This document shows, one piece after another, positions 14,480 through 30,715 of a DNA stretch of 64,000 nucleotides. The notes below the pieces were generated by a model. The model was not told where the DNA came from, ran no database searches, and saw only the letters and a program-made list of their open reading frames with translations. How positions within the stretch are numbered: position 1 is the first letter of the stretch; each line of letters begins with the position of its first letter. The stretch covers positions 9,486,001 through 9,550,000 of the forward strand of contig JBHGNT010000009.1 in the NCBI GenBank assembly GCA_043228905.1. The letters are read 5' to 3'. The stretch is from Azolla caroliniana. Lineage: Eukaryota; Plantae; Polypodiophyta. The translations under genes and the position numbers were made by a program.

Positions 14480-15255
14480 GTGCACACAGGACGCAAGACA
14501 TTACAACACTATGCTTGTTGTTTGCTCCCACATCGGGAAGTCCTTGTCTGCCGGTTCCGGTGCTACTTCATTTGCTCCTTCCACGTAACTCCAGTAGTCG
14601 TGCCCCAACAGGTACTGGTGCATCTTCTACGATCAAGATGTGTAGTTGCTTGGGTCGAGTTTTTCTGTAGGAAACGAGCTTGCCATGCTTCTGTCCATGT
14701 ATATTTTTCTTTCTATTCTTTACCTGGTGTTAGGTTAGGTTTGTATGTACGCTTTGTCGGCAACAAAGGATTCTGAACCCTCACTCTCTAATACCATGAA
14801 ACGAGTAGCGTGCGAAAGCTAACAGACACAACCCGCCCAGTCGGATAGCAACATAAAGAACGAAGGATTAGTGGAAAGCTTAGAGAACACGCAGAGAGAA
14901 CTCGAGAGAGACAGAGAGAGAGCGGAACACTAAAAAACTTAATTTCAAAAATAATACTCAGTGTGTGTACATACAATGTGTTCTGAGAGCACTTTTATAC
15001 AAGTCCTTAAAAGTACTGACAAAAGTACTGACATGTACTTCAATGCTCATAACTGAGTGACTGACATTAACTCCCAAAAATATGCCTATCTACTAGGCTA
15101 GGATCATAGGCCTCTAACGGCCTACCGGTTCTCGTGGATCCGGCTGACCGGTCTGGCTCCTCGATCTGATCCGAGCCTAGCCGATCGGTCTTCATCCGAT
15201 CCGGTTCTTAGCTTGTTCAACCAATTTGGCCCATGTTGAGCTTGCTCGCTCGACA

Positions 15256-15756
15256 TTATTTTTATCTTCTACTTTAAAAGTTGCCTTAATCCAATTCATG
15301 AACTAATCATTCGACAAACTTTATTTAGTTACTTGATCTACGATGGTCTTGATCCAATGAGGAGTACTTGACATTGTCCATTTTAAGAGCTCACTTGTAA
15401 TGAGAGTTACATTAATTGCTTCCCCATTAACCATCTTCTTTATTTCTTTATTGACATCTTCAAGATCAATGGATGTATTACATGTTGTTTCATGTTCTCA
15501 ATCATAGGAGTCACTCCCTCATGCATATTTAGGCTTTGTACATATTCTAACATCACTTCATTTGTAAATTCACCTTTGATATCTTCCTTATTACCATTGA
15601 GTTGTCTCCATGTTAGGCCTAATTGCAACTTAAACAATCTTTTCTTTTTCCATTCTTGCATTTGTAGGTATTGTCTTTTCTTTCTCCTCACTACCTTTTT
15701 ATATTGGTTTCATGCCATGACCCATTTGCTTTCCCCTTTCGCAAACTTACATAGTT

Positions 15757-15799
<43 letters not shown>

Positions 15800-17100
15800 A
15801 CATTCCTCATCAAACCAAGAATTACATGGGAAACTAGATATTCTATATCCACCAACACACATTTGAAAGTGTTGATATCCTACCTTAAGGATGACATCTT
15901 TCAAGTGTTTCCAATTTTCTTTAACATCATTAGAGTTTTGGCAAATGGTTCTCAACTTCTTTTGCATATACCATAGCTTTATTGTAACAAGGTTGAATGA
16001 TGTATCTTATTTCCTCTTTCACTTTACCATATTTGCCAGAGTGTGAGAGTGTAAGGTCCAAGTACACGATCTTATGGTCCGAGTATGGGAATAGAGCACC
16101 AATCTTCAATGCATTCACCATGCATAGATCACATGCCTTCAAAAACACATAATATACAACACTTCCTCTGTATGAGGTTGGTAAACATGTGAGTCATTTC
16201 TCGAAGGAAAACTATTTATACTATTTAAGACAATCAAGTATATGCATAAGAATTCTTCCATAATCTGTCATAATACAATACTTTGAGTCACGTAATAAAC
16301 AAGGATTCACTATATTTTCTTCAGATATCTTTGTATTTGGTATTTTCCAACTCTAGCATTAAAGCCCCCCCATAATCAATACTTTACCAAGCTTCTAAAA
16401 AACAAGTATTTCTTGACATAGATATGTGAAAGGATCATCACGTTCCAACCCAAATCTACTATAATAGTTTGACTCTTTATGAGGATTGTAGCATGTGGCT
16501 ATGTCGATATTCCCTTTGCCCAAATTCCCCCCCAAATTAATCTCCATCCATAGGTATCACTTGTAATTATCATACTTACACAATGTTATATAAATATCTT
16601 ATCTCTCATGGTAAATACATGTTATCCTTGCACGAACAATACTCCCTTTAGAGTGAGGCCATATCTATTTCATAAGGTAGCCATCTATCTTCGGTATACT
16701 TTTTGCATCATGCTCCCAAGTTTCAACCAAAAATATAACATCCATACCTTGCGCTACATCACTTAGTCCTAACCCCTTATCTAATGGATATCCTCTACAA
16801 TTCCAAAACATGTTTGTTCAAAATTGAGGTTATGTAGTCCAGTGGGTGATCACTTTTGTTATGCATTTTGCATTCCTTTCGTAGATGCATATGCATGTCT
16901 TCTACGTTCTTGTTCTTTTGGAGTTCGATCCACCGTTATAAAGAAACTTATAGCCTTAAGATACACCCTACTGCTATTTAAGGTGATAGCTCTTTTGCAT
17001 TCATCTAGGATTGTACAACAAATAGCTCGGCAAAATGTTCCTTCAGACCTTTTCTTATGTAAAGAAATGGAGAGTGTAAGTGATCTTGTGCAGTGGAAGA
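15256..17100 (-). mobile_element. LINE 5' fragment: ORF1 remnant and APE endonuclease domain
   Basis: Minus-strand motifs WNCRG, FLVETW, IMGGFNARVG, SDHKIVY and WFDEECK. ORF1-like ITVDRTPKEQERR. Many stops. Confidence 0.75.
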
Positions 17101-17120
17101 AAACTCTGTGTGTGTGTGTG

Positions 17121-17945
17121 TGTAAGACAAACATAGAGAAAGAGAGCTTAGAGATAGAGAACAAGAAGCTATATTAATCAGGTAATGGTTACAAAACAAA
17201 ATACATCCAACGGTGACTAGGTTATAAAAGGGTTGGTTTGAATACCAACTAACTTAGGACAACTACCATTTCTACTATTTACAAAACAAGCCGGAACCGA
17301 GAGTGTCCATTGCGAGTGTGAAAGCCATTCCATTTTGGGAAGTTAGGTTTGACTCTCAACACGCCCCTTCAAACACAACTTCCGGTCGCCGGAAAGTCAT
17401 CTTACTATTTGGCTCATTTTGTCTTTTTGAATTCCTCGGTTTTGTGTCTAGATGGAAAGCCATCTTCAACTATCTTATTTCAGCTTCGACTAGTCGATTG
17501 TTCTCCTTCGTCTTACTACTTCATGCTCCTTGTTTGATTAGCCTCTTTGTTTGTCTTCGTGCTTCAACTTCCCTTGGTCGGTGTGCTGCTACTTAGACTA
17601 CTCCTTTGGTCGTCTTCGATTGACTGCTGCATTGCACTCTGTTGTACTCCCCCTCAAGCTCAGCAAAGCGGCTCTCGTTAGGCTAAGATCCGACATGAAT
17701 TGCATGAGCTTGTCAACTCTTAAGGCTTTTGTGAACATGTCGGCTACCTGAAGGTTCGTGGTGATGTATTGCAGGTTGACATATACAACCTGAACGCGCT
17801 CTTAGATGAAGTGATAGTGCACTTCGATATGCTTCGTGCATGAGTGGAACACCGGATTCCGAGCCAGATGAATACTGCTCATGTTGTCGTGGTAAAGGAG
17901 AATCAGATCCTTGATAGGAACACCCAGATCCTTCATGTCGAATGA
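17121..17945 (-). mobile_element. 3' end of a Ty1/copia element: RNase H, PPT and LTR ~17361-17121
   Basis: DNMSSIHLARNPVFHSCTKHIEVHYHFI. On minus, PPT TGAAGGGGCG is followed by TGTTGAGAG. Confidence 0.75.
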
Positions 17946-18775
17946 GTGGACAAACAAATGTGGCAAATGAGAGTGGATTGAAAGATGAGGATGAAAGAGG
18001 GTCCCAATCAAGGAAGACGAGGACAAGGATGGGATGGGATATAGGATTACGAGGAGGAGCTTGCGCAAATAGGAGGTGATGAGGAGGAACGTGGGCAAGG
18101 GAACTAATCATGTAACTAGTCACAAGGCAAAAGTATGAATAACATCCTAAGGCTAGCATTGATCTACTCAAAATCAATGGGGGGCTTTTATACATTAGGT
18201 GAGGTAATAGACATGGCCTCTCAAGACTTCACGACCATTAAAGTCATCAAGACAATTCTCAAGAGACAAACAAGCTATTTTCCTCAATCCAAGAACACAA
18301 ACTTCCCAATCTTATGGAGATAAAAAGAAGAAGATGTATGTTGGAGAAAGGAGGTGTAGCAAGAATGGACATCCCAAGACAATGCGTAGAGATTAGGTGT
18401 TATCTCGTGATAGTAAAAGTTGCAGACCCACGGTGAGAAAAGTGTGACCGAGAGGAAAACCTTCGAGACAGAGATATATATATGTATGTATGTATGTATA
18501 AGACTTAAGACACACACACAACAACACAAACTTCCCACTCTTATGTGTGTGTGTGTGTGGTGGGGGCCCGGGGGGGGGGGGGGTGGGGGGGATCCTCTCT
18601 TTTTCTTCTTCGTGGGAAAGGTTTCTTCTCTTATAAGTTATATATGTATGGTCTCGCGTGGAAACGGAAGGTGAGGACAGGAATATAAATAATTGGAACT
18701 ACAAGGCCAGAAAGGAGAAGCGACTTGAGAGCGGGATAAATAGAGAGAGAGAGAGAGAGAGAGAAAAAAGGAAAC

Positions 18776-18790
18776 AGAACATTCTAGAAC
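18776..18790 (+). promoter_or_regulatory. Perfect heat-shock element of HSP90
   Basis: aGAAcaTTCtaGAAc = nGAAnnTTCnnGAAn, about 85 bp upstream of TATATAA (18873-18879). Confidence 0.85.
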
Positions 18791-18953
18791 TCTCCAGACA
18801 TCTCTCGCTTCTTCGGCTTCTCCTCCTCCATCATCGTCTTCTTCTTCTTCTTCTTCTTCTTCTCCCTTCCCCTATATAATCTCTTCTTGCTCCACGCCTG
18901 TCTGCATCTCCATCGATAAGAATCTGATCTCTGCATATACTCGCGCGCACTGA

Positions 18954-22001
<3,048 letters not shown>

Positions 22002-23807
22002 ATGATTCCTCTGTTTCTGGCTGGGAAGGAAATACAGATACTTCAAGCAATCAATCAAGTTTTATCGATGGGTTTGGTTTTTTGTCTGTTATTTCTTGTA
22101 GTGGACTTTTTTCAGAGTGAAAAAGAAGCTTGTTCGTTTTTTTGGACGCTACTTTTTGATCATAAGTGATCAATACGGTCAAATACAATGTAGTTATTAG
22201 CAAAGAATATTTGTCAAAACTTGTGTGTGTAGGTATATCCGATTGTAGTTTCTTATTTATTCTGTAATCAATCCACTACCTTTTTTTTATATTTAACAAT
22301 TGGTTACTCTTACTCTTAGCCTGAATCTTTTTATTTGTTGCTTTGAGTTGGTTTTGATGCATAGATTCTTGTTGCAACTGTCTACTTGTCTCAATGTTCA
22401 GGAATTAGTCCTGACTCGCGATTTTCATCTCTGAACAAATTGTTCATACTGGTCGAAGAATATGTTGAGCATATAACAAATATCCAATGATCAACAATTT
22501 AGTAATTTTATGCTTAATTAACTGAGGCCTTTCACTTTCAACAAGACGTAAAAAGTATGCATGGTTGGTGTCTAATAGATTCGTACCCTAAATGTAACTC
22601 TGTCTATTTCTGTCACGCCTCATTGTACTTTACTTCCCTGTTATTTTGCTATCTATCATGTAAGTTAGCATTTTTGCTCTTGCATATAATGAAATCTATA
22701 AATATTTTTTATCCATAAATGCACGCACAATGTTATCTGAAACTTAATAGCACTAAACACTTATGTAAAACAGAAATATGTTGTGCAAGATTAAAAAGAA
22801 AACAAGAAAGATACACAACAAACTCTATGCACAATACACCACAAAATTTTTTACATTTTTTATTTTTCCAAAAAAATACACCACAAATTTTAGCGTAGAA
22901 AACCCATAAGACGTAAAAACCACGCGACCTAGTCCAGAAATAATGCACTATCAAATATAAATTTGATACACCAAAGTTCGACTCTAAATCTGATATTGGG
23001 TATGTTTGATTTGGCATCGGGGATATCTCCATGTGTGATGATTTGGCGTGGCACAATGACTTGATGTGGTTTTGTGGGCTCGGCTCAGCTCAGCTCAATG
23101 TTTCTCGTGAGCTCTTGTATGTGTTTTCTGATTCGATTACTTTTTGTTCATCGGCTTAAAGCAAGATGTCCACTTTCATCTGTTGGGGGTAACTTTGGCA
23201 TAGTAAGACTCAGTGTAGCCTTCAATCTCGAGTGGATGGACGGGTTCGAAACGTGATAGAGTCTTGGTCTTTTTTCCCGATCTGTCTCGCATTAGAGTAC
23301 ATATGTGTCCAGCTACTTCGAGCTCCTGCATCGAGAATTTCTTGTGAAGTCTTTTCTTTAGCTCCTTGATTTTCTGTTCTATCTTGTTTTAAATTTCAGG
23401 GTTGACTATGATGCGGGCTATGGAAGCTTGAAAATTTAAACAGAAAATTTTAGACAGAGAGAGAGAGAGAGAGTCGTGGAGAGAAGATCGAAGCTGGAGA
23501 CGCATCAGGCCTTGATTTGGCGAAGATTTGGGATATAGGGAAGAGGATTTTTGGTCTGCCTGACGTCCTCACTGATCTGTTGAAGCTATATCCTGCTTCT
23601 TTCTTTTCATATATCGCAAAAATGGTATATTTTATCTTGTATTACCGATGATTTGGGAAAAGCAATCTCTCTTTTCTGTAAAGAAATTCTCCACTTGGTT
23701 GGAAAAACTCTAGTTTTGGTCAGTCAAAGTATCTAGTGTTTTTCCAATGGGCAATCTCTATTTGATTTAGGGTGCTTTACTACAATTGAAGTGCCATTTA
23801 GTTCTCC

Positions 23808-23915
23808 TTGGACTGATACTGGATGTGATGTACCTGGATTGTGGCTCTCCTAAGATGAGACTTGGACTGATACTGGATGTGATGTACCTGGATTGTGGCT
23901 CTCCTAAGATGAGAC
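23808..23915. repeat. Perfect 54-bp tandem duplication
   Basis: TTGGACTGATACTGGATGTGATGTACCTGGATTGTGGCTCTCCTAAGATGAGAC occurs twice in tandem. Confidence 0.95.
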
Positions 23916-25034
23916 AAAATTTCACATATGGCAATGCATAAAGTCAGTATTGCTTAAAGAAAATGTTTTAGTTGCAGAATATGTTTGATTAAGAATTTCC
24001 TTTCTAGTCAGATTTCTATTTCGTTTTTTGGTGCTCTGGGGGCTGTTTTTTTAAATAATAAACTCAATTCCAATGTGCTTCACACCATCTGTTAAATAAC
24101 TATCGGATGTGTATATTATCTGCTTATATGACAGTAATATTTCAGGTCTCCGACATAATAGATATTAGACATGTGTGGGCTATTGTTGGAATCAGAAGGA
24201 TTTGGTTTTGCACCAGAAATCTGGTTTTCCTTGTTTAATTAGACAATATCTTTTTCTTTGATTTTTGCCTCTATTTTTCGGGCAATTTTTTGATCTGCGT
24301 TCTCCTTATTGAAAAACTCCCTCTCTCTACTTCTCTTTCTAAAAAGCTTAATATGCCATAGCCTTCGAAATCAGAAGTTGCTACTACTGAGACTGTGCAT
24401 TGATGATCTTTGTAGGAGATGTATGTCTGCATGGAACGAGGTGTCCATATGTGCCAAGGTGCCCCAGTATTGATGAGCCCCGAAAGGGAGAAATCCTCTG
24501 TTTCATATTGCATAACCAGGGAGGGTTGCTCAATCACCTTATAATCTGTCCATCCCTAGTCTAGATCATGACTCTGTATGCTTCACACTTCTGGCTGACT
24601 CTGCGGTTTAGCAAAGTAGCCCTCCTCACTTGTTGTTGTACATACTGCCTTTCATGCCAATTAAAGACGTTTTGTACTGGTTTAATCTGTAGGTTAATAC
24701 ATCTCATGATGTCCAACACATAGCATGGGCTATAGCATGTTGTATGTTTCTTTACTGTAATACAACGTCTTCTTTAGAAATGCAAAGAATGATATGCCTT
24801 CGACCTCCATATATGTATAGGCAGGCTGAGATGGGAGTTGACAATGTTCACCATGCAATTTTTTCCCAAGGTTCCAAATCCACTGTCCACTGTCAAAGGT
24901 TCCAAGATTGTGGTAATATGGCTCTATACTACTGTTTTCATTTTCTTGTGCAGATATTATTTACAATTGATATTGAAACTGTTGAAGAAGGTTTTGTACC
25001 ATATTTTAAACACTGTTAAGTTTGAGGACTAATA

Positions 25035-25795
25035 ATGTTGTGGGGTACAATTGAAGCCTTCTTTGAATTGATCTCATCTGAAATTGTGGCAGGCACTCCT
25101 GTTATGTTTGTGATCACCTACTTAATAGGACCAAAAGGACAAGCGATATTAGAAGATGAGGAAGGTTATATGTGGAAAGTGGAATGGTTAAGCTACATGC
25201 AATTAGGTAGAAGACTTAATTTCACAGTTGTCTGGCTAGAATTTGACTGTGCTCAGAATATCCAGGATGGCAACTTGCTTATCCTTCAAGTTGTGTCACC
25301 TATCCATTTCAAGCTTCACATAATACCTCTTGGTGGTAACTACTCGAGTCAACAATTTTTTGGATCGGTATTTTTTTCTTGTGGCGAATTTCTGTACTAA
25401 AGTACTTATGCCTTTTAATGAGGCATTTGTTGCATTTCCTGCTAGTTAAGGATGGTGCGTTAGAATGGAAAATGGTTTGGATTCCCATCTGTAAAATAGA
25501 TTCACCAGATATAGAAACTGAAACTCTAGAAAGAATTCTGGTGATACGAGATCCAAAACCGGTAAAACATAAGCCTCCTCTTTCAGAAACGGTATACAAG
25601 GCATCAATGTGCAAGAGATTTTTGTCAGGGAAGAACTCAGAAGAACCTTCCTCTAATTTGTCAACATTTAGAAACTCAAATATGGCAGGGCTAACATCTG
25701 GCTTGGATCATCTTGTTCAGGTGTCTCTTTTCTCAAATAATGTTCATGGACAGAAAGATCCAAGCTATGCAACTGCTCATGATGGAAAACAGTGA
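25035..25795 (+). pseudogene. B3/REM-like DNA-binding domain gene, divergent or decayed
   Basis: AILEDEEGYMWKVEW...WLEF....NIQDGNLLILQVVSPIHFKLHI resembles the C-terminal half of a B3 domain. No clean N-terminal half or full gene model could be built. Confidence 0.5.
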
Positions 25796-27199
25796 TGATT
25801 TTTGAGATGGTTTTACAAGCATGAAGTGCATAAGTAATAGGCATGAGTGTAGTGGTTAGTTGATGGTATGGCAGTTGCAGCTTCCTTTGTCATCAGGATT
25901 CCTATGATCGCTCTATGGTGACTCCTCAACACGTTAAAGAAGGTGAAGAGCCATGGGACTTTTTATTGACATTTAAATGTGTTGTGGAGTGGGCATCGTG
26001 GTTCCTACTTGAAATCTTGTGATTTTTTAGAATAGGAAATCAATCATACAGGGATGGATGGAATTCACTGATTTATAGTCGAAAGGGATATGATGACATT
26101 CACTCATTTTTTGAAAACACATGCATGTCTAATAGTTCATTAGTCAACAGTATATGAGTTGTTCTTGGGCTCATTTGGCATCCTTATATTTTGCTTGGTG
26201 TGGAAGATCAACTGGTAGTTCGTAATGATAGAGACCTAGAATTTCTTATGATCGATGAATTATGTATGACAGTGAGTTTTTTCATCAGTTTCATTAATTC
26301 ATCATTTAAATTATGCCAGCTTATCCAAGCCTACAACAATAAGTGACGTTCTGAAACAGGGAATGAACTACAAAAAGCTACATGAGGTATGTCTCATCAT
26401 ACCTGCAAGTCTTTTTTGGTATCCCTTTTACAAAATTGGTCATCTTTTATGATTTGTATAGTTTGGGAAAATATCTCATCGATACTTCATGCAGTTAAGG
26501 AAGTACCCATGTTTACATCCATAGTAGATGTTGGGGCTTGACAGGTATTTCTAACAAACATTTTGATGGATTTTGTCGTGTTTTCTTCTCGTACTAATGA
26601 ACTTACAGTCAATATATCAGGTTTACCTTTCTCAAGTATTGTCTTTTGAGTACTATTGCCCCTGTTGTGGCACTTGATGCATCGGAACACCATTGCTGTA
26701 TAACAAATGAGCTAAGTGCAGGAATTAAAAAGAACTCGTACAAATACATTTTGGGATAAATATGCTCACCAGCTACTCTGAGATAGAACCCTACCCAATG
26801 AGTCTTCCTATATCAAACAAATATAATATATGAACATACAAGCAACCAATCAAACCATACATACATACAAACAAACAAACATACCTATATACATTCAAAC
26901 ACATTTAAACAGAAAGTTTTAAATTAAAGGAATAAAGTAAAAATATTAATTTAAACAATCATTCAAAACATTATGATGCCTAAGCATGGCGATGATAGTA
27001 AGAATTCATGTTCTCTGTATTTAAGCTCCCCCTCAATCACAACTACACATTGTTTGATGATCTATTAACTATCAATGAGGCTACTATTGTTATCTGGACC
27101 ATATATTTACATAAGGCATGTCACATAACCATACATCTGATTGACTATTAATAGTAGCGTCACATACTGTAGATGAAATCCTCAATATAATTGCAACAA

Positions 27200-28000
27200 C
27201 ATTTGAGATTACTCAAGCCAAATTGGAGTATCCTAAAGTCTTTTCAATTACAAATTTAGGTTCTCTATTAGATTTCCTAGGCATGGAAATGACCTTGCAT
27301 TTTACTAAAATAAATTCATTCGGCATGCTAAACATTAAACCTTGCATGACTCCCTTGTCATCGACATGTGAACTCAATGTCAGTTGGAAATCACTTCGAG
27401 GGAGTTATGGTTACATACACACATTTAACTATAGCGTAACATATAATGATCCAAATTTGAAAGACTAATTCAATCATTATTTGGTTTGTCTGATTCGGAT
27501 TAAGGGGGTGGGGCAGCTACTGATTTTTCATTTATCATGGCGAGAGGAGCACTCAAAGAGTTTTTGACACTCTGATCTATAGATTCAGCGGAATTTGTAT
27601 TCAATAGCAATGGAGTGGCAGCAAGAAAAGAGAATATGGCTAGCAAATTCTACTGAAGGAATGTCAACCATGCAAATAGTTTAATAAATTGAAAACCTAC
27701 TGATGCGATATATCTTGTGTGTACTTTGACAAAGAATCCAAAGAAAACGAGGAATGTAGATTTTAAATATCACTTCATAAGAGAGCCTGATTGAAGAAAA
27801 CAAGCTTACATAATTAGGTTTTACATCCATAAACATAATAAATCCATCCTCTGGGGGCTGATTTCCTAGTAAAGGCTCTAATTCTTCACAAATTAATTAG
27901 TTCCTCTGTCGGTTGATTTCCTAAAAGAGGCTCTAATTCTTGAATCACAAATTAGTTAGTCTATGGGGGGTGTTGAAATAAGCTTAGTAGAGTTAGAATA
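27200..28000 (+). mobile_element. Highly degenerate Ty1/copia RT/RNase H remnant
   Basis: FSITNLGSLLDFLGME, TKNP and DFKYHFIRE. PPT ATGGGGGG is followed by TGTTGAAATAAG at 27969. Confidence 0.6.
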
Positions 28001-28657
28001 AATAAATTAAAAGGAAAAATCGAACGTCTAAAAAAAGGTATCGAAAACAGACGCCTATTTAATGCCATGTCTCCTTATTTAATATGTATACATCACATTT
28101 GTGAAAGTATTATGAGCAGGGTACTGTACTGTTCCTGTTGATCACCTTGTTAACTTAATAATCGTAATCTATGTGTGGAACATTTATATGTTGGAACATA
28201 TATATGATTAAACAATTCATTCAAATTCATCAATGGCTTGAAAAGTCCATGTCAAGTGGATCGTCTTAATTTAGGGTCAACTGAATACCAATTAATAGGT
28301 CACGGTCAATTGTCTCTTTTTGGGTTGATTGTTTCTTTTAGGTCAATTGTTTCTTACAATAGGTTGATCTAAAGTCTAATTCAATTTATCAGTCTAATAG
28401 CTTCAATTGATCATATGGGAAAATAAATTGATGTTAGTTGATGGTTAGGTTAATGTGATATTTAATTTATTGATCATAAACCGAATAATTCGGCTGCATT
28501 ATAATTAAATTAGTGGGATTGAATGAGGTTACGCAATTCTAGACAACAATTTGATGTAATGAGGTTACATGGTGATTAAATAATTAACGCCCGCTAGAAA
28601 CAGACAAAATTTACAGCTCTGATCCATCGACGTTGAGGAAATAACGAAAAGAATCAA

Positions 28658-29040
28658 AGCCGTTGGATCTGGGAAAAAGGAAAGGGCATTCTGCAGAGAC
28701 CTCCGATGATTAGATTTGGACACAAATCAAGAAGCTTTGGTCAAACCAGACTTTTACGAGACGATACAGAAGTAAACTGTTTGTTTGTTCGAGAAATGAA
28801 AATTTCACAAACCCTAAATGAAACAGACAGGAAAGTTACAAGATTGGTCGCGGTAAATGGATGGGACGTATCTACTTACAACTCCGAATTATTAGCTCCA
28901 TGAGATAGATTCCCAAACAGTTTTGGTCCATCATCGCAAAAGCTCCTCAATATACGATGAATTACTCCATTTATTAATGGTGGGATTGATTCATAGTACA
29001 GCTACTGCGTTTAGGGTTCAGGGTTCAGGGTTTAGGGTTG
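28658..29040 (+). promoter_or_regulatory. Promoter motifs of the plus-strand gene: MSA-like element and telo-box cluster
   Basis: AGCCGTTGGA (reverse complement TCCAACGGCT) at 28658-28667. TTTAGGGTTCAGGGTTCAGGGTTTAGGGTT at 29010-29039, followed by a CT-rich leader. Confidence 0.5.
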
Positions 29041-29169
29041 AACTATGTATCGTTTACTTTGGCCACATCGGCCTTCACTTCAGAGATTCTCATAGGCTTC
29101 TTCTTCTTCTTTTTCTTCTCTCTACGATTTTCTCTCTGATTCTGCTTCTGTACAGCATTTCTTCCCCAA

Positions 29170-30084
29170 ATGGAAGGTAATTTAAATGAAAGGGCAGAAC
29201 TTCCAGATTAAAGCACACAATATGCAGTGTTAAAAATCCCCTAAAATTATAAAGTCCTCTCCAAGCAGCGATCAATGACGTGTGCTATATTTGAGCAGTT
29301 AATTGCAAATTCGGAGATTATTTATGTCCTGGAGCAATCACATTATTTATATATACACAGCAGATCATCAAGAAGGAATTGTATGACACACATAAGATTT
29401 CATTTCATGTATTGGATCATGATTACATTCGAGAAGATAGATGTCGTCCAAATGATCATGATGATTGTGTGTGTACTTGTATAACAGCTATGTATATACA
29501 TACATTCTTGAGCTTTGTATATATGTGTATATCTTTCTCTCTTTTTCAATTAGCCCGTCACGCCCACCAGTAAATTCTTGGGCACAGAGAAATTGTTCTG
29601 AACCTGGGCGATGGTGCGGCGAGGTGCCCAGAACATCTTCCCAGAGGTGGAGGAGGTGGAGGTGGAGGTGGAGGGTAGGGCAGCGGGAGGATGTCTTTGT
29701 TGATGATGAGGATGGCGGTTATGGGCATGATGGTTATCATAATAGGCATTCAGAAGCTCCTGGGTCCCGCAGAATTCCTTGGAGAGAGACTGAGACTGTG
29801 GTTCCATGGCCTGCTGCAGGCATCGCCCCGTCTTGGCGAGCCAGTCGGCAATCTCGTTCCCGCGGACGCCGCAGTGGGCCTTCACCTTCCTCAGCCTGAT
29901 GCGATGGCGCGGGAGGGAGGCGGAGATGGCGAGGATGGAGCAGAGCACCGGCATGATGACGCTGCGCAGGAGGGCTCTGTCCCGTGGGCACCGCCGCCTC
30001 AGCATGGCCGCCATGGACGGATCCTCCGCGTACCACCGGATGAGGAAGAGGGATTGCAGCGAATCCACATACATGTTCACCTCG

Positions 30085-30123
<39 letters not shown>

Positions 30124-30142
30124 GCAGGAGATGGAGATGGAC

Positions 30143-30174
<32 letters not shown>

Positions 30175-30684
30175 GAAGCAGAGGTCGTCGAAGGATTGAC
30201 TACAACAGGTCCATTCTTCTGATCGCCATCGCCATGGCCATGATGATGAGCTTCTGAAGTCGAAGAATCTTGTGTCCGGTCCACCAGGGATTGAAGGGCA
30301 TGCTGAATCGCGAGGAGCTCCACCAGCAGAACGTCGGTCCCCAGCGACTCCGGCAAGCGATCCAACGGCTCCCCCTCCTCTGCCGCCGCCACGATCGCAT
30401 CCTCCTCGTCTTTGCTTATACCTCCACAGCCATCATGATCATCATTCACTCTCGACGGCTCTAGAAGAAGATCCGACAATGGCTGGAAATACGGCGCGAG
30501 GTCCAGCTTCTTTGCGATCCCGTATGCTTCCTCCCCCTCGCTGTTGGTGTCGAAGAAGACTCCATAGCCAGCCTCGTATCGTGGCTCATCATCATCATGC
30601 TTCTTCTTCTCACCATTGCTGCTATTCTTCTTGTACGATCCGTCCGTGTATATATTCCATACAGTCGGACTTGATCTCGGGCTG

Positions 30685-30715
<31 letters not shown>

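Larger units (their letters stand above)
7271..15255 (-). mobile_element. Ty1/copia element A, decayed. 5' LTR 15255-14797, truncated 3' LTR 7438-7271; interrupted by element B and a PPR insert
   Basis: LTR copies share AACTCCCAAAAATATGCCTATCTACT. Met-type PBS TGGTATTAGAG at 14796-14786 and PPT GAGGGGGAG next to 7438. Remnants of gag, GAG-pre-integrase (LWHKRIGH), integrase (IHSDVWGP) and RT. Confidence 0.85.

Noticed and set aside
23808-23915. CRISPR-like repeats
   Set aside because: Simple tandem duplication with no spacers, in eukaryotic DNA.
24271-24640. Minus-strand 88-aa ORF region
   Set aside because: No identifiable homology and stops upstream; left uncalled.
29010-29039. Interstitial telomere or healed chromosome break
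   Set aside because: Only about four units, two of them TTCAGGG, in a promoter position; a telo-box cluster is the simpler reading.
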